Source of the DNA: a virus
Reading direction: 5' to 3' (one strand)
Virus record (IMG/VR): IMGVR_UViG_3300025466_000012
Span: 96,001-160,000 of that record
DNA: 64,000 nucleotides
This document shows positions 43,801 through 53,853 of the stretch, in pieces. A program made the position numbers and the translations under genes. The notes below the pieces were generated by a model. It was not told the origin of the DNA and made no database searches. It saw nothing but the letters and a program-made list of their open reading frames with translations. Position 1 is the stretch's first letter, and each line of letters starts with the position of its first letter.

Positions 43801-46512
43801 ATGACTCAACAATACATCGAAGTAGGAACCAGCGCCAATGATGGCCTAGGCGATCCGTTACGCACCGCGTTCCAAAAAACCAACGAAAATTTTACCCAGC
43901 TGTTTGAAACCCAGACCGGCAATGTGTCGGTAACTGGCAATATCGTGGGCGGAAATGTGCTGTCGCAAGCTGAAATATCAGCGCAGGGTTCGATCTATGC
44001 GTCAGGAAACATACAGGCTACCGGATACTTTTTCGGAGATGCCTCGGGCTTGTACAACATAAATGCCGGCAACATCACAGGAAGCTATGGCAATGCCAAC
44101 GTGGCTGTTTTCTTGCCTACATATTCAGGCAGTATAGCCAATCTTACTGTGTCTGGCAATTTGACCGTGATCGGTAATATAACTTCGACCGATGTGGTTG
44201 AACAGCAGGTAACTGTAATAGGCAATGTGTTGGCCGGTGGACAGGTCAGTGCCGGCGGCAACGTGATTGGCGGCAACCTAACTACTGTTGGTATTGTAAG
44301 CTCAACTGGAAATGCCATACATGGTAACATACTAACAGCTGGCCAGATAAGCGCAGTCGGTAATGTTTCTAGCAATTATTTTATTGGCAACGGAAGGCAA
44401 TTGACTGGAATCACAGCCTACACCAATGCCAATGTGGCTGCCTACCTGCCCACATACACCGGCAACATCACAGCCGGCAATATCAGCGTGTCGGGCACAG
44501 TCACAACCGGCAATATCAGCGTGTTGGCCAACATCACAGCCGGCAACATATTAACGGGTGGTCAGATCTCGGCCGCTGGCATAGTTACCAGTGCTGCAAA
44601 TATCTCAGGTCTAAATTTACTAACCGCCGGAAACGTGAGTGCCACAGGTACTATCACAAGTGGTACCAGTTTGAATGGAGCCAACATCTACAGTAATTTT
44701 GGTGTATATGGCCAATCAATACTTGGCAATATAATACTTGGCCTATCGATACTTGGTAACACAATTCTTGGTAATAGCTTTGTTAGTGCTGGAAATATAA
44801 GTGCCACAGGCAATATCTTGGGTGGTAATTTATCAACAGCAGGTACTGTGTATGGAGTCGAATTTGCAGGGACCACAGTAAGTGTGTTGGGTAACATCTA
44901 TGGTGGCAATATCATCAATGCCGGCATAAGTTCGGTCACTGGCAACATGAGTGCTGGCAATATCAATACTGTTGGTCAGATAAGTGCCACTGGCAATATC
45001 AGCACCGCCGGTTACTTTGTTGGTGCATTTAGTGGTAGTATTTCGGGCAACGTAACAGCGCCAGGCTCAAATACACAAATTGTATACAATAATTCGGGCA
45101 ATTTGTCTGGTTCTGCTGGATTTACCTTTAATCAGTCGACTAATGCTGTAAGCATCACTGGCAATGCCACATCGGGTAACCTGTCGACAGCTGGGTTGAT
45201 CTCGGCCACAGGTACTATCACAAGTGGTACCAGTTTAAATGGAGCCAACATCTACAGTAATTTTGGTGTATATGGCCAATCGATACTTGGTAACACAATT
45301 CTTGGACTATCGATACTTGGCAATATAATACTTGGTAATAGCTTTGTTAGTGCTGGAAATATAAGTGCCACAGGCAATATCTTGGGCGGTAATTTATCAA
45401 CAGCAGGTACTGTGTATGCTACAAGTTATGTTGGAACCACAGTAAGTGTGTTGGGTAACATCTATGGTGGCAATATCATCAATGCCGGCATAAGTTCGGT
45501 CATTGGCAACATGAGTGCTGGCAATATCAATACTGTTGGTCAGATAAGTGCCACTGCCAACATAACTGGTGGCAATGTCGCAACCGGTCGTGTTACAGCA
45601 ACTGGTAATGTGGTAGCTGCTGGGTTCCAGTACGCCAACGGTACTCCTGTACAAGGGTCGGGCGCACAGGGTACCACAGGTAGTCAAGGTACGATAGGGA
45701 ATACTGGCAGTCAAGGAACCACAGGTAGTCAAGGCGCTACCGGAACTCAAGGCACCACAGGTACCACTGGAAGCCAGGGAACGACAGGTAGTCAGGGCAC
45801 AAGTGGAACAAATGGCAGTCAAGGTACTGCTGGAACCACAGGTAGTCAAGGAACAACAGGTACCACTGGAAGTCAAGGTACTGCTGGAACAAATGGAAGC
45901 CAAGGAACCACAGGTAGTCAGGGTACTGCCGGAACAAATGGCAGCCAAGGTACCACTGGAAGTCAAGGAGCCACAGGCCCCAGCACAACGATCAATGCCA
46001 CAGCAATAGCCACCAATGCCAACTTCTACCCGGTGTTTTTATCGGCTACTGGCTCCAATCAAACAGCCTATGCAAGTGCAAATTTTTATCTAAATCCGTC
46101 AACCAATGTGTTGAACACCACAGCAGTCCAGGCCGAATATGCCGACTTGGCTGAATCGTATCTGGCCGATCAAGATTATCCAGCTGGTACCGTGGTCAGC
46201 TTTGGCGGCAATCAAGAAATCACTATCAGCACAATAGACAACGACAGTCGTATAGCTGGCGTGATCAGTACTAGACCGTCTTATCAGATGAATTCTGGGC
46301 TGGTTGGCGATCATGTGGCTGCTGTTGCTCTACAAGGGCGTGTTCCGTGCCTGGTATCTGGACCGGTCACAGCCGGTGATCTCATGGTATCAGACGGCAC
46401 CGGTCGTGCCAGATCCGAACGTGAACCCAAACCCGGAGCCGTGATCGGCAAGGCATTGAAAGCATTTGATGGCGACTACGGTACTATCGAAGTAGTAGTC
46501 GGAAGAGTCTAA
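43801..46512 (+). CDS. tail fibre/baseplate protein with collagen-like tract and C-terminal autoprocessing chaperone-like domain
   Basis: N-terminal ANDGLGDPLRTAFQKTNENF (gp9/10-like), GN beta-repeats, GSQ/GTT tract (~45655-45985), YADLAESY...ALQGRVPC...GTIEVVVG. Confidence 0.85.
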   Translation: MTQQYIEVGTSANDGLGDPLRTAFQKTNENFTQLFETQTGNVSVTGNIVGGNVLSQAEISAQGSIYASGNIQATGYFFGDASGLYNINAGNITGSYGNANVAVFLPTYSGSIANLTVSGNLTVIGNITSTDVVEQQVTVIGNVLAGGQVSAGGNVIGGNLTTVGIVSSTGNAIHGNILTAGQISAVGNVSSNYFIGNGRQLTGITAYTNANVAAYLPTYTGNITAGNISVSGTVTTGNISVLANITAGNILTGGQISAAGIVTSAANISGLNLLTAGNVSATGTITSGTSLNGANIYSNFGVYGQSILGNIILGLSILGNTILGNSFVSAGNISATGNILGGNLSTAGTVYGVEFAGTTVSVLGNIYGGNIINAGISSVTGNMSAGNINTVGQISATGNISTAGYFVGAFSGSISGNVTAPGSNTQIVYNNSGNLSGSAGFTFNQSTNAVSITGNATSGNLSTAGLISATGTITSGTSLNGANIYSNFGVYGQSILGNTILGLSILGNIILGNSFVSAGNISATGNILGGNLSTAGTVYATSYVGTTVSVLGNIYGGNIINAGISSVIGNMSAGNINTVGQISATANITGGNVATGRVTATGNVVAAGFQYANGTPVQGSGAQGTTGSQGTIGNTGSQGTTGSQGATGTQGTTGTTGSQGTTGSQGTSGTNGSQGTAGTTGSQGTTGTTGSQGTAGTNGSQGTTGSQGTAGTNGSQGTTGSQGATGPSTTINATAIATNANFYPVFLSATGSNQTAYASANFYLNPSTNVLNTTAVQAEYADLAESYLADQDYPAGTVVSFGGNQEITISTIDNDSRIAGVISTRPSYQMNSGLVGDHVAAVALQGRVPCLVSGPVTAGDLMVSDGTGRARSEREPKPGAVIGKALKAFDGDYGTIEVVVGRV
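44641..45556 (+). repeat. 352-bp intragenic duplication (44641-44992 and 45205-45556)
   Basis: Near-identical in-frame copies at offset 564 bp. Confidence 0.92.
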
Positions 46513-46513
46513 C

Positions 46514-49321
46514 ATGCACCAACCACAATGGGTGACTCCGGCTGGTGATTTGGGAACCATACCAGAAGGTATTTTTTACAGTGTTCCTATAGTGGCCGTA
46601 GATCCTGAGATCACAGTCACAGCCACCGGAGCCAACCTCACCGGTGGTATCGCCTATATAGAATTCGCCGGGCAGACCGGTATAACCTATCCGTTGTCAA
46701 GCTCGGTGGTATTGACCGGATTTGTACCCCATGAATTGAACGGTACTTACACAGTGGTACGCAGTTCTTCCACAGCCATTGGCATAATCAACAATACCAC
46801 CGGATCAGTAACGACCTTGGGCACCATAACCAATGTTCCAGACACCATCACCTATGAAGTGGTAGCTGGGCAGTTGCCGGCTGGCGTGGCCATAGACACA
46901 TTTGGTGTGGTGCATGGAGTTCCCGGTGCTGGCGTGGGTGGGGTGCCTGGTCTGGTTCCAAAAGATACGGCCAGTCAGTTTGCTATACGAGCACGCAACG
47001 GTTACAGCTTGGCCGACCGTACATTCAATCTCACCGTGACTGTGAGCAATCAGCCCTATTTTGTTACCCCTGCTGGCCAAGTTGGTGTGTACATCACTGG
47101 TGATCAGATTGAGAATCTCACGATTGAAACATACAATCCTGACATTTATGGAGCCAAACTGGTACGCCTAGTTTCGGGCAGTTTGCCACCGGGCCTGTCT
47201 ATCGACTCAGCAGGTGTCATTTCGGGCGTGGTAGAACCAGCAGTGTTGCCCGGAGCTGCTCCGGCTGGATTTGATGCCAACATTACACAATTGGGCACCA
47301 TTCCCACTGTGGGGGTCGACCCACAGGTCGCACTGGATACAGCCTACCCGGTTTCCATTTATAACAGTGGCGTCATTGATGTTGCCACTGGCAATCTATG
47401 GGTGCAGATTGGTAATCAGCCACTGGGTCCACAGTATTCAAGCCAGTGGAACAATTATGGATTGGCATCTCAAGTGTCAATAAATCAAGGTTTTGATCAG
47501 GCCGGCTTTGATTTTGCCAGCAGTCTCAACGCACCAGTCACCAACTATGAATTCACTCTGCAGGTCACCAACGGTCAAAACAGCAACTTACGAACATTCA
47601 CTATAGAAGTGTATGCTCGCACCATCATGAGTGCCGACACTACCTACATCACGACCGACAACACCTACATCACAGCCGACGTGTACAATCTCACTACTCC
47701 GGTTGTTACTACCCCAACCGGCAGCATTGGATCAGTGCGTACCGGCAACTTCTTTGCCTTCCAATTTACAGGACAAAACATCGACGGAGATCCGTTTGTG
47801 TTTGCTATAGATTCTGTGCCAGCTGGTCTGACTCTGGATCCAAATTCCGGCTGGCTGTATGGGCTGGTACCTGCCACGGGCATACTCACAACCACATACA
47901 ATTTTGTTCTGAGAGCCATTGATGTGGCCGATCCTACCTTGATCAGCGCACCTTACAACTACAGTCTCACTGTGGTTGGATCCTTGAACAGCGACATAGT
48001 CTGGATCACACCCAGCGTGCTGGGAACCATTTCAAATGGTGCCACCAGTACCTTGTATGTACAGGCCCGCAGCGTGTCGGGACTGGTACTGCAATACAGT
48101 CTGGCTGGCACTGCGCCAGGACAACCATCAACCTACAATCTACTACCGCAAGGACTGGAGTTGTTGCCGTCTGGGCACATAGCCGGACGAGTCAGTTTTG
48201 ACACTTTTGCCCTGGATGGTGGAACCACGACCTTTGATCGAGGTCTACCGGTGGGTGAAACCACGTTTGATCTTGTGTTCACATTTACAGTGACAGTGAC
48301 CAGCACCAACGGTGCAGTCAATGCCAATCAGACGTTTAGTATCCGTGTTTTGCGCACATTCAACGAGCCGTTTGACAATCTTTACATACAGGCATTGCCA
48401 CCCGTGGCCGATCGCAGTTTGATCAATAGCCTGGTACAGAACATCAACATATTCCCACCAGGCCTGATCTATCGCAACGATGATCCCAACTTTGGCGTAG
48501 CACGGCAGGTGGTATACGAGCATGCGTATGGTCTCACAGCCGCCACGCTTGACAGTTATGTGTCAGCCATGAATCTCAATCACTATTGGAAGAATCTGGT
48601 TTTGGGATCGGTACAAACAGCACAGGCCCTGGACGACAACGGAAATATCATGTACGAAGTGGTCTACAGTCCCATCGTTGATGATTTGGTCAATTCGGTC
48701 GGACAAAGCGTGGGCAAGAGTGTGACATTGCCTTATAGTGTGGAAACAGGTACCGGCACGGTCAGCACAGTGTATCCCAACAGCTTGGTTGATATGCGGA
48801 CTCAGATTATCGATCAGATCGGTCAGGTCAGCAATGTGTTGCCTAGATGGATGTTGAGCAAACAGGCCAACGGGTCGGTGTTGGGCTTCACACCGGCCTG
48901 GGTCATTGCCTACACTCAACCTGGCGCCAGCGGACAAATTGCATACAATATCAACACACAGTTTGGTATCGAACGATTGAACTTGATAGATTTTGAAGTG
49001 GACCGATACGAATTGGACAACTTGTTGACGGTGAATTGGAATCGAGAGTTGCAACAATGGCAACCGACACCACCCACTGTGACTGTGTTTGATTTTGCGC
49101 ACAATCCAGCCAACACCACCTGGGTCAATGCACTCAATCCGGTCCTGGTGTTGCCTTGGGTCAACGACTACGGCGATACAGTGTCTTGGAGCTATTCTAC
49201 CCCACCCGGAACCACGTTTGACGGTGGCAGCCTGCAATTTATTGATCCGGTGGACATGTATAGCTCGACCACAGCGTATGATAAATATCTAGTATTCCCT
49301 AGCCGCACAATTTTAGGATAA
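46514..49321 (+). CDS. baseplate wedge-like protein with Ig-like (He_PIG-type) repeats
   Basis: PQWVTPAGDLGTI, repeated LP.GL..D..G.ISG, HYWKNL, LPRWMLSKQ, GFTPAWVIAY, DRYELD. Confidence 0.8.
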   Translation: MHQPQWVTPAGDLGTIPEGIFYSVPIVAVDPEITVTATGANLTGGIAYIEFAGQTGITYPLSSSVVLTGFVPHELNGTYTVVRSSSTAIGIINNTTGSVTTLGTITNVPDTITYEVVAGQLPAGVAIDTFGVVHGVPGAGVGGVPGLVPKDTASQFAIRARNGYSLADRTFNLTVTVSNQPYFVTPAGQVGVYITGDQIENLTIETYNPDIYGAKLVRLVSGSLPPGLSIDSAGVISGVVEPAVLPGAAPAGFDANITQLGTIPTVGVDPQVALDTAYPVSIYNSGVIDVATGNLWVQIGNQPLGPQYSSQWNNYGLASQVSINQGFDQAGFDFASSLNAPVTNYEFTLQVTNGQNSNLRTFTIEVYARTIMSADTTYITTDNTYITADVYNLTTPVVTTPTGSIGSVRTGNFFAFQFTGQNIDGDPFVFAIDSVPAGLTLDPNSGWLYGLVPATGILTTTYNFVLRAIDVADPTLISAPYNYSLTVVGSLNSDIVWITPSVLGTISNGATSTLYVQARSVSGLVLQYSLAGTAPGQPSTYNLLPQGLELLPSGHIAGRVSFDTFALDGGTTTFDRGLPVGETTFDLVFTFTVTVTSTNGAVNANQTFSIRVLRTFNEPFDNLYIQALPPVADRSLINSLVQNINIFPPGLIYRNDDPNFGVARQVVYEHAYGLTAATLDSYVSAMNLNHYWKNLVLGSVQTAQALDDNGNIMYEVVYSPIVDDLVNSVGQSVGKSVTLPYSVETGTGTVSTVYPNSLVDMRTQIIDQIGQVSNVLPRWMLSKQANGSVLGFTPAWVIAYTQPGASGQIAYNINTQFGIERLNLIDFEVDRYELDNLLTVNWNRELQQWQPTPPTVTVFDFAHNPANTTWVNALNPVLVLPWVNDYGDTVSWSYSTPPGTTFDGGSLQFIDPVDMYSSTTAYDKYLVFPSRTILG

Positions 49322-49323
49322 AA

Positions 49324-50646
49324 ATGACCTACAACCTGTACACTTTTGGCAATCAGACCGGGCCTATTCCACTCAGCGAATTGGACAGCAATTTTGCCCA
49401 GCTGACTGATGCCAACAACATAGTGGCCAACACTGTGATCAACAGTGCCCAAGGCAACATCACCAGCTTGGGGCGTTTGACCGGTCTCAGCGTGGCCGGC
49501 AATGTGGCAGTGACCGGACCAATATCTACCAGCTCTACCTTGACCGCTGCGGGCAACTTGACTGCCAACGGACTGGTGGCCACCAACATGTACATTGACA
49601 ACAACAGTGCTGGAAATGCCATAGTGACTGGTAATCTTGTTGTGCGTGGCACCTTGACGTCAGTCAATGCTGCCAACGTGACCACAAACAATCTTTTTAT
49701 ACAAGTGGCCAACAATGTGGGCAATACCAATCTTGCTCAATTGAACGGTGCCGGTCTGGTGGCTGGGCTGTCTGATTATGCCACCATCCTGTACAACACC
49801 TTGACCAATACCTGGCAGACCAATATTGGTCTCACACCAATCAGCAACATAGCCGGACTAAATCTAGGCAACACCAACAACTACTGGAACACAGTTTACG
49901 CACAGACCTTGATGTTGAGCGGCAATGCTCAGATGGGCAATTTGACTGTGAGAGGCGTTACAGCAAACACAGTTTCTGTCAGCAGTGTATCAGTCAGCGG
50001 TGCTGTGCAAGCCGGCAGTTTGACCACTGTGGGAAATATCGCCACAGCAACCAATATCACGGCTCTAAATCTTTATGCCAACACACTGTCGTTGGCCAAC
50101 GGTAATGGATCATTATCGCTTGGAACTCTCACTGCAAATGGTTTGATCTATTCTTCGGGCCTGACCACTGGCAACATAACTGCCACCGGCAATGTGGCCA
50201 CTGCAAATGTGATCAATTCGGGAAATATTTTTACCACAGGTGTCACAGCCACAGGTCCTATTTCAACATCTGATAACATAAACGCCAACTCGGCTCTTAT
50301 TGCCAACAATCTGCATGTGTTCGGCAACACAACAATAAACAACGATCTCAACACAGGTGGAGAGATTGGGACCACAGGCAATATTACTGCTACAGGAAAT
50401 GCATTTGTATCAGCCGACGCCGTTTATGCCAGAACTGGCAATGTTTATGCCGGCGCTTATTTTGTAGGTAACGGTAGTCAATTGAGCAACGTTGCTGCAG
50501 CCAATATCCGCAATGCAAGTGGTTGGAGTGTGACTCCAGTGGGTAGCAAACTGTTTTTCTATTACGGACCTTCAGCCGTGGGTAGTCTGGATTCCAGTGG
50601 CAACTTTACTGTTACTGGTAACGTCACTGCATTTGGAACGCCATAA
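49324..50646 (+). CDS. tail fibre-like structural protein
   Basis: YTFGNQTGPIPLSELDSNF, GN repeats, C-terminal SLDSSGNFTVTGNVTAFG. Confidence 0.75.
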   Translation: MTYNLYTFGNQTGPIPLSELDSNFAQLTDANNIVANTVINSAQGNITSLGRLTGLSVAGNVAVTGPISTSSTLTAAGNLTANGLVATNMYIDNNSAGNAIVTGNLVVRGTLTSVNAANVTTNNLFIQVANNVGNTNLAQLNGAGLVAGLSDYATILYNTLTNTWQTNIGLTPISNIAGLNLGNTNNYWNTVYAQTLMLSGNAQMGNLTVRGVTANTVSVSSVSVSGAVQAGSLTTVGNIATATNITALNLYANTLSLANGNGSLSLGTLTANGLIYSSGLTTGNITATGNVATANVINSGNIFTTGVTATGPISTSDNINANSALIANNLHVFGNTTINNDLNTGGEIGTTGNITATGNAFVSADAVYARTGNVYAGAYFVGNGSQLSNVAAANIRNASGWSVTPVGSKLFFYYGPSAVGSLDSSGNFTVTGNVTAFGTP

Positions 50647-51584
50647 TGTCTTTGCCTTCAACAGGTACAATCAGCCTAAAGGATATACAAAATGAGTTTG
50701 GAGGGTCCAATCCAATTTCACTCAGTGAGTATTACAAGAATGGACCTTATGTGACGGCCACAGATTATGCTCCCAATGTGCCGACCAGCGGTACAATAAG
50801 CCTCAGCAATTTTTATGGAGCCAAAAAAAACACGTTGCAAACTGTTATCTTGACCTCAGGATCCAGTTGGACAGCTCCCAGCACTGTGATCGGCTCACTC
50901 AGTGTCTTGGTTGTTGGTGGTGGAGGTGGGGGCGGAACCGGTACAGCACGCTATCACGGCAGTTCCAATGGTGGTGGTGGCGGTGGCGGTAACGGTGGGG
51001 TGGTATCAGACACTGTTTCGGTAACGCCTGGAACAACCTACACATATATCATCGGGTCCGCAGGTTCTGGAGCTGCAGCCGGCTCAGCCGGCGCCGGCGC
51101 CGCAGGCTCAAACACCACTATATTTGGATTGACTGCTTATGGTGGTGCAGGTGGTGCCGGGCAGGGCGGAAACAGCGCCACAGTCAGTCCAGGTGGCGGT
51201 GGCGGCGGTGCTGGGTGCAACGGTGACCAAGGCAACAGTGCCAATTCTGCCGGTGGTAGCCAAGGCTATGCTGGAGGCAGTTCAGGAGGTGGCAACATCA
51301 ACGATACTGATTTTGGAGCAGGCGGCGGCGGATTCAGTGGACCAGGCGGCAATTACGATGGAAATTCCGGACTGGGCGGAACCGGATACAACGACCCAAC
51401 TCTGGGCGGCATAGCCGGTGGAGGAAATGGTGGTGCTGGTTATGGGCGTGCATCAAATGGGTATGGTGGCGGTGCCAGCAATGAATCAGCCACCAACTAC
51501 GGTGGTGGTGGTGGCGGTGGTCCGTCAGGCGGGCCCGGTGGCAACGGATATCAAGGTGCCATAGTGATCCAGGGCTATTGGTAG
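50646..51584 (+). CDS. glycine-rich fibre-tip adhesin-like protein
   Basis: MSLPSTGTISLKDIQNEFGGSNPISLSEYY docking-type N-terminus and multiple poly-Gly motifs. Confidence 0.75.
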   Translation: MSLPSTGTISLKDIQNEFGGSNPISLSEYYKNGPYVTATDYAPNVPTSGTISLSNFYGAKKNTLQTVILTSGSSWTAPSTVIGSLSVLVVGGGGGGGTGTARYHGSSNGGGGGGGNGGVVSDTVSVTPGTTYTYIIGSAGSGAAAGSAGAGAAGSNTTIFGLTAYGGAGGAGQGGNSATVSPGGGGGGAGCNGDQGNSANSAGGSQGYAGGSSGGGNINDTDFGAGGGGFSGPGGNYDGNSGLGGTGYNDPTLGGIAGGGNGGAGYGRASNGYGGGASNESATNYGGGGGGGPSGGPGGNGYQGAIVIQGYW

Positions 51585-51589
51585 ACGAC

Positions 51590-51595
51590 TAAATA
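51590..51595 (+). promoter_or_regulatory. T4-type late promoter motif
   Basis: TAAATA upstream of 51619. Confidence 0.55.
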
Positions 51596-51618
51596 ACTTA
51601 CACTTTTGAGGATTATAC

Positions 51619-52494
51619 ATGACCAGCCAGATCAACCCATACAACATAGACGGAACCTATCCAATCGCTGGACAGGACAACAACAGCCAGGGTTTCCGTA
51701 CCAATTTTACAAATACTCAGACCAATTTTGAGTATGCTGCACAGGAAATAACCAATCTACAAAACAACGTGATTTTGAAAGCGGCCTTGACTGGAACGCA
51801 ACTCAACAACAACATGAATGGTAGCCTGCTGTCCAACGCACAACTACAGCAAATGACCCAAACTGTGGTTGCCTTGGGCACCGTGACTGCCACAGCCACC
51901 TTGAACTATGCAGCCGGGCCATACACCACATTTACCACGGGCAGTAGCGTGATCTTGGCCTTTACCAATTTACCGGCGACTGGAAAGCTGGCCCAATGGG
52001 CTGCGGCCATCACAGTGGCCAGTACCAGCCATGTTGTGACCTTGCCAGCCGCAGTTACACTAAATGCACAAGGCATAGTGGGATTTAACCCGGGCACCAA
52101 CGCAATCTCGTTTGCCAACACCGGCACTTACACATTTGCATTCAGCACCACGGATGGTGGCAACACTGTGACTGTGAACGAAATCAACAAAGAACTGGAA
52201 CCATTCAACGGTGGCCAGGAGACCTTGGCCAGTGCTGGAGCAGCCAGTCTGGCTGTGACCACCAGCTGGTTCAATACCGCGGGCACAGCCACCTTGGCTG
52301 ATGGTGTGACTGGTCAGATCAAGGTATTGGCTCAAACTGTGTCGGCCAGCATGGTGGTCACAGTGGCCAATGTCGGATGGAAGGCTTCAGGATCAGGTAC
52401 CATAACCCTGGGCAGTATCGGAACTGCGTGTACCTTGCAATTTATTGACGGTGATTGGCTGTGTATCGGCAATAATGGTTGCGTGTTTGCTTGA
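51619..52494 (+). CDS. structural protein (hypothetical)
   Basis: MTSQINPYNIDGTYPIAGQDNNSQGFRTNF N-terminus, Thr/Ala-rich beta composition. Confidence 0.7.
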   Translation: MTSQINPYNIDGTYPIAGQDNNSQGFRTNFTNTQTNFEYAAQEITNLQNNVILKAALTGTQLNNNMNGSLLSNAQLQQMTQTVVALGTVTATATLNYAAGPYTTFTTGSSVILAFTNLPATGKLAQWAAAITVASTSHVVTLPAAVTLNAQGIVGFNPGTNAISFANTGTYTFAFSTTDGGNTVTVNEINKELEPFNGGQETLASAGAASLAVTTSWFNTAGTATLADGVTGQIKVLAQTVSASMVVTVANVGWKASGSGTITLGSIGTACTLQFIDGDWLCIGNNGCVFA

Positions 52495-52524
52495 TCTTTT
52501 GCAGCTGATCGTGTACAATAAGGT

Positions 52525-52746
52525 ATGGAACATCCGTTAATCTCCAACCTTGACCACATGACCGAACAAGAGCTGTTGGATCGTGTCAATGAACTCAACA
52601 AAAAACTGGGCATAGCCTATCGTATCGGAAATGGGCACTTGTGCAATCAGCTCAGAATGGCCATCGAGACTTTCCAAGGCAAGTATCTGGAAAAGATACG
52701 CAAAAATCCCGACAACAATTTTGACGAAATCATAGACATTTCATGA
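52525..52746 (+). CDS. hypothetical protein
   Basis: Behind TTGATC-17-TACAAT promoter (52491-52519). Confidence 0.7.
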   Translation: MEHPLISNLDHMTEQELLDRVNELNKKLGIAYRIGNGHLCNQLRMAIETFQGKYLEKIRKNPDNNFDEIIDIS

Positions 52747-53345
52747 ACGTGCGATTGAAGAAAAATCTGCATTTTACCATGGGTGTCTGGCATGCAGATC
52801 AGCTGGTCATGAACAGCTACATGGTCGATCTATATTTGCACACCAACACAGCAGATTCGGCCGAACAGAACATAGCATTCGAAAGACTCAAGTATTTTGT
52901 GTACGGTGAACTGGACAGCAGCATCATGCTAGATCAGCAGGCCGTACCCAAATGCCAACAACTGATGTCAGCCGGATTGCGAATCACTACCATGCCGCAT
53001 GAACTGGTTGATCAATTGGTGGGAATCATGCTATACTACAAGCTGAATGCCATCATGGAACAACGTATCGTGATCACGGATGTAGAAATCAGCAGCAATT
53101 TGGGCGACCATATAGTGTACATGCACAATCAGGACGAACACAGTCAAGATCTAGACCGACCCGCCTGGTGGACCACCGCAGATCTAGCGCATTGTGATCA
53201 TGATCTGATCGAATCCAGCAACATAGTCAATATCAATCGAGTCAGGTCCTGGCGAGAACTGGAACTGGATTGGCCAGTGGTGCATGCTACAGAATCTGGC
53301 AACATAGTGTCCTTTAGCGATCTCAAACGAAATGATACAGAATAA
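52743..53345 (+). CDS. hypothetical protein, possible degenerate QueD/PTPS T-fold
   Basis: NSYMVDL...FERLKYFV..ELD...LYYKL..I.ITDVEISS spacing parallels PTPS. Confidence 0.5.
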   Translation: MNVRLKKNLHFTMGVWHADQLVMNSYMVDLYLHTNTADSAEQNIAFERLKYFVYGELDSSIMLDQQAVPKCQQLMSAGLRITTMPHELVDQLVGIMLYYKLNAIMEQRIVITDVEISSNLGDHIVYMHNQDEHSQDLDRPAWWTTADLAHCDHDLIESSNIVNINRVRSWRELELDWPVVHATESGNIVSFSDLKRNDTE

Positions 53346-53853
53346 ATTTGGTGAAATGATATTTTCCGAAAGCGATGTGTGTGACTTGATCATGCAAGGA
53401 CACACCGCGGAATCCCTACAAGGCATGTTGGTAGATGCGTCGGTTGATATCGAACAGATCGTACGCTATGTACAGCTGGCAGCCGATACTTTTACTCGTC
53501 CGGTCTTGGAAACCAGCAACATGTCAGTACTGGACTATGATCTAGAACAGCAGAGACATTGGCACATGCCGGCACAATATCAACAACTGGACATAGCCCA
53601 GCATGTGCTGAGCCTGTGTGAAACTGATGCCGAACTGCAACGCTGTGGCCAGGAACTGTTGCTGTATCAGGAACGAAATCTGTTTCCGTTGTTGCAGTAT
53701 CTTGCATATCTGGTGGATGTCATGCGTGACAATCATGTGATCTGGGGAGTTGGTCGCGGCAGCAGCGTGGCCAGTTATGTTTTATACAAGCTGGGAGTAC
53801 ATCGCATTGACAGCTTGTACTATGATTTATCAGTTGAAGAATTTTTGCGTTAA
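53332..53853 (+). CDS. dnaE: stand-alone fragment of DNA polymerase III alpha subunit
   Basis: ELLLY..RNLFPLL..L..LVDVMR.N.VIWGVGRGSSVASYVLYKLGVHRID...L..EEFLR. Only 173 aa. Confidence 0.8.
   Translation: MIQNKFGEMIFSESDVCDLIMQGHTAESLQGMLVDASVDIEQIVRYVQLAADTFTRPVLETSNMSVLDYDLEQQRHWHMPAQYQQLDIAQHVLSLCETDAELQRCGQELLLYQERNLFPLLQYLAYLVDVMRDNHVIWGVGRGSSVASYVLYKLGVHRIDSLYYDLSVEEFLR

Noticed and set aside
44641-45556. Diversity-generating retroelement template/variable repeat
   Set aside because: Differences are not confined to adenines, both copies are in-frame in one gene, and there is no RT in the window.
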